A stretch of DNA of 63,341 nucleotides, counting the filler, from Craspedostauros australis (lineage: Eukaryota): the NCBI GenBank assembly GCA_030167865.1. It is 6 parts of 6 records of this genome, joined end to end, with 100 filler letters (N's around TTAATTAATTAA, not from the genome) between each part and the next. Parts side by side here need not be neighbours in the genome. Positions count along the whole stretch, not along the records: positions 24,003 to 40,612 come from JALAGF010001928.1; 5 more parts are not named here. One strand, given 5' to 3'. The translations under genes were made by a program, and so were the position numbers. The stretch's first letter is position 1. Each line of letters starts with the position of its first letter. Shown one piece after another: positions 24,670 through 35,866 of the stretch. Below the pieces are notes generated by a model. The model did no database searches and was not told the DNA's origin. It saw only the letters and a list, made by a program, of their open reading frames with translations.

Positions 24670-27645
24670 ATGTCTTCACGCAGCCGGCATTCTCGCCCGA
24701 AACGAAGCAGGAGAAAGGCAGATGAGCCGCAACCGCTGGGCCCCCCACGAACTGTGAAGGATCTGTGCGAACGGGCCTGCCTTCCCATCGATCTGGTGCT
24801 GGAATCATCCGCGGAAGATTGGCGCAAGATCTCGATGGAGATCTTCGGCAATGACATCGTTGAGCACGCCAGACTGTCCCTCGATCGCGCGAATCTGAAG
24901 AGGCAGCGGCGAGAGGCGGGAACCCACAATAGCGCGCACAGCAGCAAAAAACGTGCGAGCAGCCATCGCAGCCGACATGAGCGTATCAGGAAAGTTGATG
25001 TCAACGAGTGTGCCGATGATGGCACTGACGGTGGTTGCGACAGTGACAGCGTCCAAATTGTGGAGCCTCCACCTTCTGTAGATGAGTGCGCACGCAAGCC
25101 CATGCAGGATGCAGACGTAGAACCAGGACATGGTCCGCGTCCACTCGAAGCCACCAGTTCCAGACCATCTGCGGAATCCGATTCGGATATCGAAGTATGG
25201 TGCCCTAACGATCAAGATCTTGAGAATGACATCAATTACGAGGGCGCCAGTTTCGACGATGTACCGACCTGCAGTCACAGGAAGAAGCGTCGGTTGGCGG
25301 CTCGTCATCCCGAGCCACGATGTGCACGATCGAGAATCAAGGCGAGGAAAGCCCGGCGAATCAAGGTGAAACGAAGCAGACCATCTCGTTCCTCCCATTG
25401 CGAACCTGCGATTGTTCAATTGTCAGCGACGTCACTATCAACTGGTAGTGCTGTTGCCGTTGGTATTGCTGCTGCAAGGAAGTCGCAGCCAAGACTCCAC
25501 ACAATGATCCAGGCATCCCCAACACGAGGGGTTCCAATCGAAGCGCAACCGCCGACGCATGTCCCTTCCATGGACATGTCGCCGCAGGCTCTTCGAGACT
25601 TGCAGCCCGAACGCCGAGACGAACGCCCCCCTAAGTCTCAGCCAAGTTCACGACCTGGTGTCTCCGAACACCTTGACGGAGTTGCAAGCGCAACTCATAC
25701 AAAACGCGAAAAGACCATAGAACCATGCGAGAAAAAGACTCCTGCTGCCAACACTGCCTTCTGTGTCACCAATGATCTCGATTCAATCCCCATCCAAATC
25801 GAACAGCCCGCGATAACAGTACCAATAGAGTATAATCGCCACGGACTGCACAAGGCAAAACATTCCAAGGAAGCACGTGCATCGAAACGAAAGAGAGAAC
25901 CAACGGAGTTTTATTTCGACCAGATCTGGAAGACACAACGGACCACGCTCTCACCACCCGCAAAAGGACGCCGGCGGATGGGGGAGTGCGAGGTGCAACG
26001 CATCAATTGGCAACCCGATGTTTTCGTGCAACGAGTGTTGCGACGATTGCCTCCGCGTCACAAAACAATGGAAAAATCAGTCTTGAGCACGTGCATGAAA
26101 TCAGTGCCGGACAATCTATTCGGGGACACGGTGTGGAAGTTGCTCTGCACACGGTATGGCTGGGGTAGCGTGCGCCGTAGTGCTGGACGTGTCGAATATT
26201 ACGAAAATGTTGCAGTCAACAAAGGACTCTTCGAGTCGCGTACGGAAGTACTGCACAGTATGCTCACGTCGGCCAAGTGGCAACGATGCATCGACATCCA
26301 AGCTGCAACGGCACTTGTGCTATGTGATATCTCGAAAATGATGGAGGGGGTGACATCGACCACTGTAAACGATGCCATTCGCATGTCCAACATCGAGTCA
26401 ATGGATCGCCCAGTTCTGGGTGGTTCTGACGAAGGCTGTTTTGCTTACTTCCGCATCAAGGGACAGTGTATTCCAACGAAGAAGAGGGATCGGCTGGTCA
26501 CCGATCAAGGCTGGTTAACGTTTGAACATTCGCAAGGAATGTCACCCAATCGAAAAGGAAGAGGGGAACGCCGGCGCATCATTGGGCTTTACAAATACAG
26601 CGACATCGATCAAGCGCGGCCAGCTGGAATTGCTGCAAACACAACAGCATCCACCACGGTTGTGACCACACCAACAACTTGGCCAGCACAAGTGCCAGCG
26701 CGCAATGACACGCCAGCAGCAGCAAAATCGCCAGTGCCCGCAAATCAGCAAATAGCGACGAAACCCCCGACACCAACAACAAAGGCAGTGCCCCATCCAC
26801 CAAATGCGGACCAAGCTTGGAGGGAGGCGATGGGCCAATTTCAAGCTTCAAACCAGACATATTCGCAGATCCAGGCAAGCATTCCACCGGGCAAAACTGA
26901 CACTCGTGGCCGGTCGCCAGGAGGTTACAACACTCTCGCTCCACGCAATCACACAAGCGAGGCCCTCGTCGCACTATCCAGACTGCAAACCGTGCCGCAG
27001 AATGCTGCAGCAATCGACGCAACGAGCGCGGCAGGTCTTCAATCCCACATGAGGGCACTGTGCTCCAGCATCCAAGGTATCGTCGACAGTGTCAACCGAG
27101 GTGGACTCTCAACGAACGCTTATGGAACAGGAGGAAGACAGGAGTTTTTTCAAGCCGACGCGGCTGGTGGTCATACTGCCACACATCATCAAACGAACCT
27201 GATGGCCCCATGGTTGGGTTTGCAAGGCGGAATTAACACTGCCAACCCTCCTGGACCGTCGATGGTTATGAATGGCCTGGGTCAAACGCAAAACATGCTC
27301 CAAGCCAATGCTGCAAACGGTTCCAATGGTGCGTACCAAGCCGGCATGATGTCCCAATTGTCAAGACTCCAAGGCGGAGTCAATAATGACAACTCGGTTC
27401 AAACACTGGCAGCAATGAACAGCTTGGTGGCAAACCATCAGACTTCGCAACGTCATACTGCAAACGGTTACACTGGTGCGTACTCTCCAGCCGCCATGAT
27501 GGCCCAATCCTTGCAATTGCAAAATAAAGTCAACGGTGCCAACTTGGTTGGACCATTGTTGGCCATGAACACTGGGAAGGCAAGGCAAGGCACGTCTCAA
27601 GCGAGCTTCTTTGGCGGTCAGGGACTCCCATTCGAATTCAGATAA
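24670..27645 (+). CDS. Hypothetical 991-aa protein (basic/disordered, C-terminal degenerate ~49-aa Q/N/G repeats)
   Basis: Very long ATG ORF. Repeats LQGGINTAN, LQGGVNNDN and LQNKVNGAN; a fourth copy lies out of frame after the stop. Confidence 0.7.
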   Translation: MSSRSRHSRPKRSRRKADEPQPLGPPRTVKDLCERACLPIDLVLESSAEDWRKISMEIFGNDIVEHARLSLDRANLKRQRREAGTHNSAHSSKKRASSHRSRHERIRKVDVNECADDGTDGGCDSDSVQIVEPPPSVDECARKPMQDADVEPGHGPRPLEATSSRPSAESDSDIEVWCPNDQDLENDINYEGASFDDVPTCSHRKKRRLAARHPEPRCARSRIKARKARRIKVKRSRPSRSSHCEPAIVQLSATSLSTGSAVAVGIAAARKSQPRLHTMIQASPTRGVPIEAQPPTHVPSMDMSPQALRDLQPERRDERPPKSQPSSRPGVSEHLDGVASATHTKREKTIEPCEKKTPAANTAFCVTNDLDSIPIQIEQPAITVPIEYNRHGLHKAKHSKEARASKRKREPTEFYFDQIWKTQRTTLSPPAKGRRRMGECEVQRINWQPDVFVQRVLRRLPPRHKTMEKSVLSTCMKSVPDNLFGDTVWKLLCTRYGWGSVRRSAGRVEYYENVAVNKGLFESRTEVLHSMLTSAKWQRCIDIQAATALVLCDISKMMEGVTSTTVNDAIRMSNIESMDRPVLGGSDEGCFAYFRIKGQCIPTKKRDRLVTDQGWLTFEHSQGMSPNRKGRGERRRIIGLYKYSDIDQARPAGIAANTTASTTVVTTPTTWPAQVPARNDTPAAAKSPVPANQQIATKPPTPTTKAVPHPPNADQAWREAMGQFQASNQTYSQIQASIPPGKTDTRGRSPGGYNTLAPRNHTSEALVALSRLQTVPQNAAAIDATSAAGLQSHMRALCSSIQGIVDSVNRGGLSTNAYGTGGRQEFFQADAAGGHTATHHQTNLMAPWLGLQGGINTANPPGPSMVMNGLGQTQNMLQANAANGSNGAYQAGMMSQLSRLQGGVNNDNSVQTLAAMNSLVANHQTSQRHTANGYTGAYSPAAMMAQSLQLQNKVNGANLVGPLLAMNTGKARQGTSQASFFGGQGLPFEFR

Positions 27646-28263
27646 TGGCTCAAACCTCGGGATTTCAAGGCGGAGTCAACACTGCAAACTCCGCTGGAGA
27701 GTCGTTGGCTGGGAACGGCACAAGAGCAAATCAATGGACCATGCACTCTTACGCCAAAAATTGTGAACCATCGCACAACGCTCACGCTGGTCACGAAGAG
27801 TTGAAATGCAGAAAGCAGCCGGAAAGAGAAGAAGCTCTGCAGGATCCATACACAACCAACCGGGCTGCAGAGGTATCCACTTCCTCTATGTATTATCAAT
27901 GTAAGTGTTATATCTTTCTATTTGTATATCTTTTTATCTGAAATGCATCGCCGTGCCTTGGTTTGTACTGCTCGTAGAGTATGAGCATCGTCTGTGCTGC
28001 TGGCGGCCGTGATGTTGCCTGATTGAAGAATTGGCCTCATGGTGCGACGTGGAACCCCTCCTCCTCGTCTCTCTCGTCATCGAATTGCTCGCACGATTGA
28101 GCAGTGAACGACAGCATTCATTCCGCCATGTGGTGGAAATGAAGCTGCGTGGAATCTATCCACGACGGCGATGGCATGGGCATGTCGAGTGCCAATGTGG
28201 ACGGTGCCCCCATTTCATGTATGGCCCGAGTATGTATGTTTGTATGTAGGGGACTGGAGGTTA

Positions 28264-28698
28264 TCAGTCAGATTTTCGCGAGGGCATGAGGTTCCTGCTG
28301 TTGATGAGATCCTTCCCATTGTGACGATCGTGCATGTCCTGCGCGAACTGCTCCATGTCGTTCATAACCTGAATGCATGTTTGCGTCTGCATGTGGTAAT
28401 TCACGTGCGCTTCACATTGCGAGCATGTACATTCAGTGTTGTTTTCAGTGTTGATTGAAGAAACCGAGCACGTGCACGTCATGGGAGTTTGCTGAGATGC
28501 TGTCTCATGGTCGTCTCCGTGGGAGGCATCGGCCGCCATGGCGTCCGTTGCCGATGCCGTTGATGCTTTGCGTCGTGTCATCTTTGACAGGAAGGACCTT
28601 CGCTTTGGTTCCGATGAGGATTTGGATTTTGGTGTGGAGAGCCTGGAGAGGGCGATTGCGATGTTCAAGCTCGCTGATCCCATCTTGATGAGTTGCAT
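28264..28698 (-). CDS. Small hypothetical protein
   Basis: 144-aa ATG ORF with a CA-rich leader; no domain recognised. Confidence 0.45.
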   Translation of the reverse strand: MQLIKMGSASLNIAIALSRLSTPKSKSSSEPKRRSFLSKMTRRKASTASATDAMAADASHGDDHETASQQTPMTCTCSVSSINTENNTECTCSQCEAHVNYHMQTQTCIQVMNDMEQFAQDMHDRHNGKDLINSRNLMPSRKSD

Positions 28699-29880
28699 TC
28701 GGTTCGATTCTGTTCTGAGTTGGGCTGGGTTGGGTTGGGTTGTGGTTTCGTGAGTGTTGTATCGTGTTATTTATTGTGCAGCGTATTGTTGTGCAGCGTA
28801 TTGTTGTGCAGCGTGTCAAGGCGCAGAGTGCTGATCGGTTGTGTCGAGGGGAGTCAATTGCAAATTGTGAGCACGTTGCGTTTGTTTTGTTGTTCACACA
28901 GAATCGAGCGATCATCTCGTGAGTTGTCGGTGCCGTTTCGTTGTTGTTCTTTGCGGTAACGATGTCGCCTCCTCATTCGGCGACGTTCCAAGTTGGGATT
29001 GATGGCGTGTCTGTGGTTGACTTTTTTGCGGTTCCTCCGAAATTGAATTCTCCGTTTTTGGCGTGTCTGGCGGCTTCTCCACGCCCGCGAATCGTGGTGG
29101 CCTCAGTCCAAACGAGTCAACGTGACATACGAGCAGACGTCAGACAGTCTAACTCGTCCGAGCAGCGGAAATGGCACTAGGAGGCGATGGTTTTGCTGTT
29201 GGTAATGGTCATGGTGAAGCCACAACTTGGAAAGTGAATGGAGTGAAGTTGCAGTTCTATGGGCATTGGTGGGGACGATTCGATGATTCTATTCTGTTCG
29301 AGACAGTTGAAGGAGGCGATGAACGGCGCGCTGCTCGTACCAGTTGGAGATCAAAAACTGCGGACGAAGTCCACGAAGCGACTAATAGATCTCAGCGGAT
29401 CCAAAAGACTGCAGCAGGTGCAGGACCACAACTACAATCTCGGCGGTGGAATGAACAAGACCAGACTTGGCCGAGTTACTTCCAGTTATTCTACATGCTT
29501 AAAAGGCGGCTCCATGTTCGTCTTCAATGATCACGCAAAGCGTTTCAGGCTTTTTGGGTCGTGCGCCGTCTCCTCGTTCTCGGTGATCGGCAACTAATTG
29601 TTTTGGATATGTGTGTGCCAAACGACGAGAAACTTGTCTTGATTGCCGATGTTGTTGGAGTCTTTGAACCGTACTACGTTGATGTGAAGTGGCAATTCAC
29701 TCAATCCTGTGACTAAAAGTGTCGTCCCGAGCATCGCCGGATAGAAAGATGATCATTCTTGTCTTCGCTGAATAGCTCGTGCGAGGAGAGAGTTGAACAT
29801 GCTTGTCCGTTTCGGTTGCATCCAGGCTTCGTACGTTTCTCACGTTGAACTAACCACCATGACCGCCACCCGTGCGTTCA

Positions 29881-30924
29881 TCAACTGCGTGTCATCCAGC
29901 CGATACATGTGGAGATGCACATTGCCTGCATCCGAATGCAAGTTCCCAAGATGGGTTTCAGCATCGTGACCATCGCTCTCATGACGATGGACAATCCCAT
30001 GGTTCCTCCTGGCAAGAAGCTGACCAGATACCAGAGCAAGGCCAGCAGTTGCACTCCGGACGATATCATGACGAGCGCATATCCCTGCAGTCCGCCTTTC
30101 GTGCAGGTGAGGTAGAGAGTGACGAACATGGATCCGAGGTATATTGTTGTGAACAGCATGCGGTCCGGCGCGCACATCCCCTTGATGTGCTCCATCGGTC
30201 CAGTGAGAATGCCAAAGCTTGCCATGAACATGAGCGATCCGCACGTGAAGGAGAGTGCGAACTTTTGCGGTTTGAACATGACTGTTGTATCGTTATTTGC
30301 GTTTGCGTCCGGAGAACGTTGTGAGAATGGGCGGCGACGACGGCGATGATCGATGGGTTGGAAGAGAGGTAGTGTACGATATTCGACAGGAATGTTGTAA
30401 TCATGTGAGTCGGTGGAGTTGATGATGATTGTTTGACATGGGAGACACGTGTGTGGAAAGAGGCACAGCAACGACCAGAGGGCTCCAATTATTCCGGCCA
30501 TGCCGCAGGAGATGATGCAACCAAGCAAGAGCAGATTCTCACTGCTTCAATCCTGTGGGTTTGCCAAATAGCACAATGGAGTTCGCAGCAACATTGCAGT
30601 GCAGGCACGATAAAGAAGCACGCAGCAGGGCAACTCACTTGTTGGCAGACCGACGAAGAATGCCAGCGCAAAGAAGAGGACGGACAGAAGCAGCATGGCG
30701 CAAAAGACCTGGAAGCGTTGCTGGTACCCCATCCCCAGGATCTTCTTTGGCATCTGCGCTTCCATCGTCTGCTTCATGCCCTCGAAGCTGAATTGCGGCA
30801 TTCCCTCTGTACTGAAGGTCGGGAATCCCTGCTGCTCAATGTCGAACCACGATGACGAATTCGATGATGCCGCAGCATCGTCCGTCTTTTGCTCGTTGTA
30901 CCATTGACCGAAACCCGTCGACAT
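29881..30924 (-). CDS. SFT2: SFT2/Got1-family vesicle transport membrane protein; 2 exons (30924-30639, 30281-29881)
   Basis: MGYQQRFQVF...FFVGLPT|IMFKPQKFALSFTCGSLMF...WYLVSFLPGG. A GTGAG...CAG intron at 30282-30638 joins the two ORFs in frame. Confidence 0.9.
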
Positions 30925-31813
30925 GATTCGTGATGTTGGTGCTTGCTTGCTTGTGCGCTAGAGTGTGCTGTATGCAGTGTCGTGATGTTCACCGTTGTGT
31001 ATTGGTAGGATGCTGCGTCTCGTGATGCCGTGTGACGTCCTGTGATGTGATGTGACGTGATGTGATGCCGACTGTCTCTTGCCTGTTTTTGACAAAAGTG
31101 TGGGATGAAAGAGAGCCCGTCTTGATGACCTGCGCTGAATCGTTCTGGAGCCGTGGGATGCTATTAAAGATTGTATTATGAATGCCTCTCTGCGTAATAG
31201 TGTGGATGTGGGTGTGGGTATGGGATGGCATTCGTGTTGGTGTCCCAGCGCGCCGTTGATGTGCTTTGCCATGGTCATGACTTTTCGACACGCCCCAGCG
31301 TCCTCGTGAATGATTCGTGATTGGAAGAGGATTCACGACACAAAGGGATCGCTTCCCATCCATCACATCCTCCCCGAAACGCGCTCTCCATACCTGCAAT
31401 GATGGCAAGGGAGATGAACGCAGCACAAAGAATGGGCACCAACTTCATCCCGACGAGTATTTGTGGAGGGAAGTCATGTACTGCAGTGAACTATGGAAAG
31501 ATGCAAACCTCAGAATCGAAATGCGAAATACAAGGAATGTGGTGGAGTAGGGTGATTGAATTTACTTGTCGGGCCGCTGGGTGCATGCACCAGAGCAAAG
31601 CTGTGATGAGGTCGCCGAATGACATGGGACTGCTTGTAGAGCACACACTCTTGACGCCAACGAGTATAATAGGTGACAGCGAAGCACCCATAGTTGCGCC
31701 GTTCGGTTGAGGCCGTTGAAGGAAGCCACGGGATGCTTCGATCGTCGATGATACTTCGATCGTCTGTTCGTTCGGTGCTTGAACTATACGAATCTGCTTG
31801 GGCTCGACTTCGC

Positions 31814-32497
31814 TTACTCCTCCATCTTGTCATCCTTGGCGCTGACGCTGGATTCCGCATTCCAGCTTCCACCAAACGGAGCCGCTGCAGTGTCTGCAGT
31901 GCCGGCCTCCAACGCCCGCTTCTTCCACGCAGGGATCTCCTCGTCGGCCTTCTTGGCTTCATGGCCATGCTTGTGATCATGTCCCTCGTGATGATCCTTG
32001 TGGGCGTGATCATGCTCATGCTCGTGGCCGTGCTCATGTTCGTTCTTGTGTCCATGATCGTGCGTGCATCCCTCTGTTTCGCATGCGGCGTCGTCCTTGT
32101 GATCATGCTTGTGCTCATGCTTGTGCTCGTGGCCATCGTGATGATCCTTGTGGTCATGGCCGTCCTTGTGTCCATGTCCATGTCCGTGATCGTGGTCGTG
32201 CGTGCATCCCTCCTCCTTGGTTGCCGCATCGTCGTGCTTGTGGTCATGCCCGTGGTCATGCTCGTGATGCTCCTTCTTGGAATCATCGTGCTCGTGCTCG
32301 TGATCGTGATCCTCAGTGCATTTGTCGTGGCCGTGGTAATGCGCATGCGGATCGGGGTCCTCCAGCGTGCGGAGCTTCTCCTCGTGCTCCTTAATCTCAG
32401 CTCGCAGTGTCCCGATGTATCCGCGCAGCGTCACCTGCTGTTCCGCCGACAGCCCCCCGAGGCAATCCTTTACCTTGTCTGGAATTGGCTTCACCAT
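31814..32497 (-). CDS. Histidine-rich putative metal-binding protein (227 aa)
   Basis: N-terminal helical segment, HAHYHGHDKCTEDH, a long (HX)n tract with two EGCTHDH motifs, and C-terminal IPAWKKRAL...APFGGSW. Confidence 0.8.
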   Translation of the reverse strand: MVKPIPDKVKDCLGGLSAEQQVTLRGYIGTLRAEIKEHEEKLRTLEDPDPHAHYHGHDKCTEDHDHEHEHDDSKKEHHEHDHGHDHKHDDAATKEEGCTHDHDHGHGHGHKDGHDHKDHHDGHEHKHEHKHDHKDDAACETEGCTHDHGHKNEHEHGHEHEHDHAHKDHHEGHDHKHGHEAKKADEEIPAWKKRALEAGTADTAAAPFGGSWNAESSVSAKDDKMEE

Positions 32498-32960
32498 GAT
32501 CTCTGTTCTCTTCGTTTTTCGTTTTGTTGCCTCTGCTAATCTTGGTCGCTTTGCGTTGTTGTGATGGTTATTATGATGGTTGTTGTGATCTTTGGCGTTT
32601 GTCCGCTGGAGATGAGCGGCGGTGTGTTGGCCTTGTTGTTGTGGCTGTCGCCTGCTCCATCGTGGACTCTCACACGTTCTGCGAAGTTCTGCGGACAAGA
32701 TCTTGGCTTGGAATCTAGAGCAGGCTTTTCCAAGGCGCTTTGTGTCTCTAAAGACATATTTCTAGGCTGTTTTGGTGATGTATGACTAATACGAATGAAA
32801 ACTCGAAATGTGTGGATTGGTGTCAACAAGAACAAACTTGAGAAGTGGCGGCTTTGCGCCTGACACCACTCAAGGGAAAAGACCATCGCAACGATGTTGC
32901 CACCAACATGGAGGCGTGAGATGGAGAAGAGAGATGGGCCTCTGCATCCAAAGAAAAGCC

Positions 32961-32985
32961 TCTCTCTCTCTCTCTCTCTCTCTCT
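32961..32985. repeat. (TC)n microsatellite in a divergent intergenic region
   Basis: About 12 TC units between head-to-head genes. Confidence 0.85.
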
Positions 32986-33064
32986 CGTCCTTTTCTCCAC
33001 TCTGTCTTTGTTTGGCTCCAACAACAAATCGTGCGGCAGCTTCATCCGTGGCGAAAAACGACGA

Positions 33065-34090
33065 ATGAGGTCACTGCTGAAGAATCGACCTTGTGATGGT
33101 TGCATTCCGCTGACAATCGCAGTTGCATTCAGCTGCTTGATCCATGACTCTTTCGGTTTCAGCAAAGCTTCAACTATTGCGCCCATCAACCCTCGCAATG
33201 TTTGCTTCCTGCATGACTACGAGACGGTCAGAGGGCCTCACTTCCAAGCCCTGTTTGACCAAGTGATGCAGCAGATGGAAGGCGGTGACGACAACAAGAG
33301 GGTGCTGATTTTCCGCGGCGGTGATGAGAGCGAAGGGACAGCGCACAGTATGAGTATGGCTAATGAAGGCGCAGCATGTCAAGAAGAGCTGTTGCGCAAT
33401 GATCTCAACCTCGATGCCTGCGAGACGGTGCAGCTACAAGACCACAATCCTATGACGCTGGAGGACAAGATCAAGCAGTTTCAGCCCAATGTGCTTTGGG
33501 TCGGCTCCGCACATGGAAATTCCTTCCTCCTCAGGTATCAAACCAGGACCAGCGGATTGGATGAGATCACGGCGCGGTTGTGCGGCCCTCCTTCCAACCG
33601 CAGGACGTCACCAGGTGTGCTCTTCGTGGGAGAAGGTGCAGGCTCCGTATGCGGTGGTGCCGACATGGCGATAGGCTATGCGAACGGTGATGATGCATCG
33701 GCGGCACCGGAGCCGCAGTTTCGTGGAATGGAGCTGCTGGGTGATCAGAGCTCCATCTTCTTTGGGAATGCTGATGCGATCGTCGGCAACCCAAGATTCC
33801 CAGGGTGCACCAGCGTCGATGCGATGAAAGCACAGGAAAGCATCAACGTTCTGACGCCAGAGCAGGTGTATGTCTGGTCGCAAAACCATGACGACGTCAC
33901 AAGTTTCGTCATGCACATGGGGCGCAAGGGGATGATCGAGGGAATGCAGTCTCCGCGGCCTTTGGTGCCGCTGTTCGAGGATGACAATGCAGCTGGCGGG
34001 CGGAAATGCCAAGGCGAGCCATCGATTGACCCATCCAGGTCGATGCAGAGCATTGGTGATTCGGAGTGGTTCGAGGAATGGGATGGTTGA
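33065..34090 (+). CDS. Peptidase S51 / class I GATase-fold-like protein, probably catalytically degenerate, possible N-terminal targeting signal
   Basis: VLWVG...GNSFLLRY...SGLD...LFVGEGAG...GMELLG resembles PepE-type motifs (GGNTFxL; GxSAG; GLxL), with Gly in place of the nucleophile Ser. Confidence 0.65.
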   Translation: MRSLLKNRPCDGCIPLTIAVAFSCLIHDSFGFSKASTIAPINPRNVCFLHDYETVRGPHFQALFDQVMQQMEGGDDNKRVLIFRGGDESEGTAHSMSMANEGAACQEELLRNDLNLDACETVQLQDHNPMTLEDKIKQFQPNVLWVGSAHGNSFLLRYQTRTSGLDEITARLCGPPSNRRTSPGVLFVGEGAGSVCGGADMAIGYANGDDASAAPEPQFRGMELLGDQSSIFFGNADAIVGNPRFPGCTSVDAMKAQESINVLTPEQVYVWSQNHDDVTSFVMHMGRKGMIEGMQSPRPLVPLFEDDNAAGGRKCQGEPSIDPSRSMQSIGDSEWFEEWDG

Positions 34091-35866
34091 TGCGGTTGTG
34101 TGTATTTGTATGGTAGAGTACTCTCAGTGAACGCATGCGCGCATCGAGCGTGGCAGATTCTGGTGGAGTCGGAGAGTGATGGGAGTATAATCAGAGTATG
34201 GTGTACTCACAGCCATCATTTGCGCCAATGCAACGAGAGCATTGTACCATTGTCAATGACATCAGCACGTACGCTATGGCAAGAGCGCTCAGATGGTACC
34301 GCACCACACGAGGAGCGAAAGTGTTGGGCAGTTCCCTGTCGTCGCGACGGACAGAGATCCAGAATTGAAGGACCTTCGACCTTTCCCGCGCTGCACATGT
34401 TGTGGAGGAAATCGCTTTGGCATGATCAATCAACCATGTCTGTTGGTGAAGACGCCGTTCGCCACTCATGCGAAATGTAATGTGACTTCATTCATCAACA
34501 ACAACAACAATGAGTGGAATCACCAAACAATGCCAACAGCGATACGATGAGAGCACGCATCCGTACTCTCGCGGAATGTTCTTCTGTCTCCTTCCTCTTG
34601 TATAATATGATAGTACGGATAGAACAACTCATTGCTCGCAATACTTCTTGCGCTGTATGTTAGACATGTTCAGCTTCCCTCTCTCGCTCTTTGGAAATTC
34701 TGTCTTGTTGACGATCTGTGATGTTTGCATCTACTATCCGTGTGTGTCTACAACCAAACACAGAGAGAGAGAGGGAAGAATGGAGTGGCCGAAACATGGG
34801 TCAACGTTGCGTTCGCCTCTCTCGGTGGCGTCCGATGTTTGTCGGAGGGTGTGAACGTCTGGCGGTCCTTTACACGACTTCATCTTAGATGTGTTCGGCA
34901 AGGATGCAACAGCAGAAATTTGGTGATTAACCACAACACGCGGGCAACTACATGTGCCAACGCCTTTCTCTGAGAGTTCGTGACCTCCAATTCCGTCCAC
35001 TCCAAATTCTTCGCGAGCACGTCAGGCCACTTTTTTGAATTTGGTGACTGTTGTTGCCCTCTCTCCAGACGAACCACAACTAAAACCACAAAAGTATGCG
35101 CAAGGGGGCAAAGCAAAAGGAAAATAACGGCCCCACCCGAGACGTCGTTGTGGGCCTCACATCTTTGAACACAAATTGTATCCCAATACTCGCTGCTCGT
35201 AGCGTGACACTGCAACCAGGAGGATTCTTCATTCCCATCACAGACATCCTCTTTGTGTCCACTCTTTGATTTCTCAAGCGAATGTGAGTTCCCTTCCAAC
35301 CACTCTATGAGCAATGAACAATGAGCAATGAGCAATGAGCAATGAGCAATGGACGATGGACCATTGGCGAAAGAGATGTCAAGTTCATGATCTGGGTCGA
35401 CGGAAGCTGCGCAAAAAGCAGCCAACAGCTTACTTTTGACTGTTGCGGCTGTCTTTGCGCATACGCCTCTGTCTTCCTGGTGTCATGCTTCCCTGTCTTC
35501 GTGGCTGCAAAGTACGAGTATGCATGGTAAATTATGTGCGCTCGTCGCTTGCCGACGCCGATCTCTCTGTCTCACATCAATGCATGCTCCCTCCCTCTCA
35601 ATCCTCCTCTCTTGACCGCTGCGGGCACGGCGATTGCCATTATTGATGTCATTGGCGCCACTCTCGGCAACGATGTGCACCAACGCAAACGTCAACGCAA
35701 CCGTGCGACTTCATTGCATCGGCCTCTCTGATATCTCATGGCTCCGTTGCGTACAACCATCAATCCGCAACTTAACAAACTAGAGATCGGCCATCCTTCA
35801 TCTGTTGGCACATATTCCATCATTCGATGAACAAAAACTTGCCTCATCGATATCCGTACACGAAAA

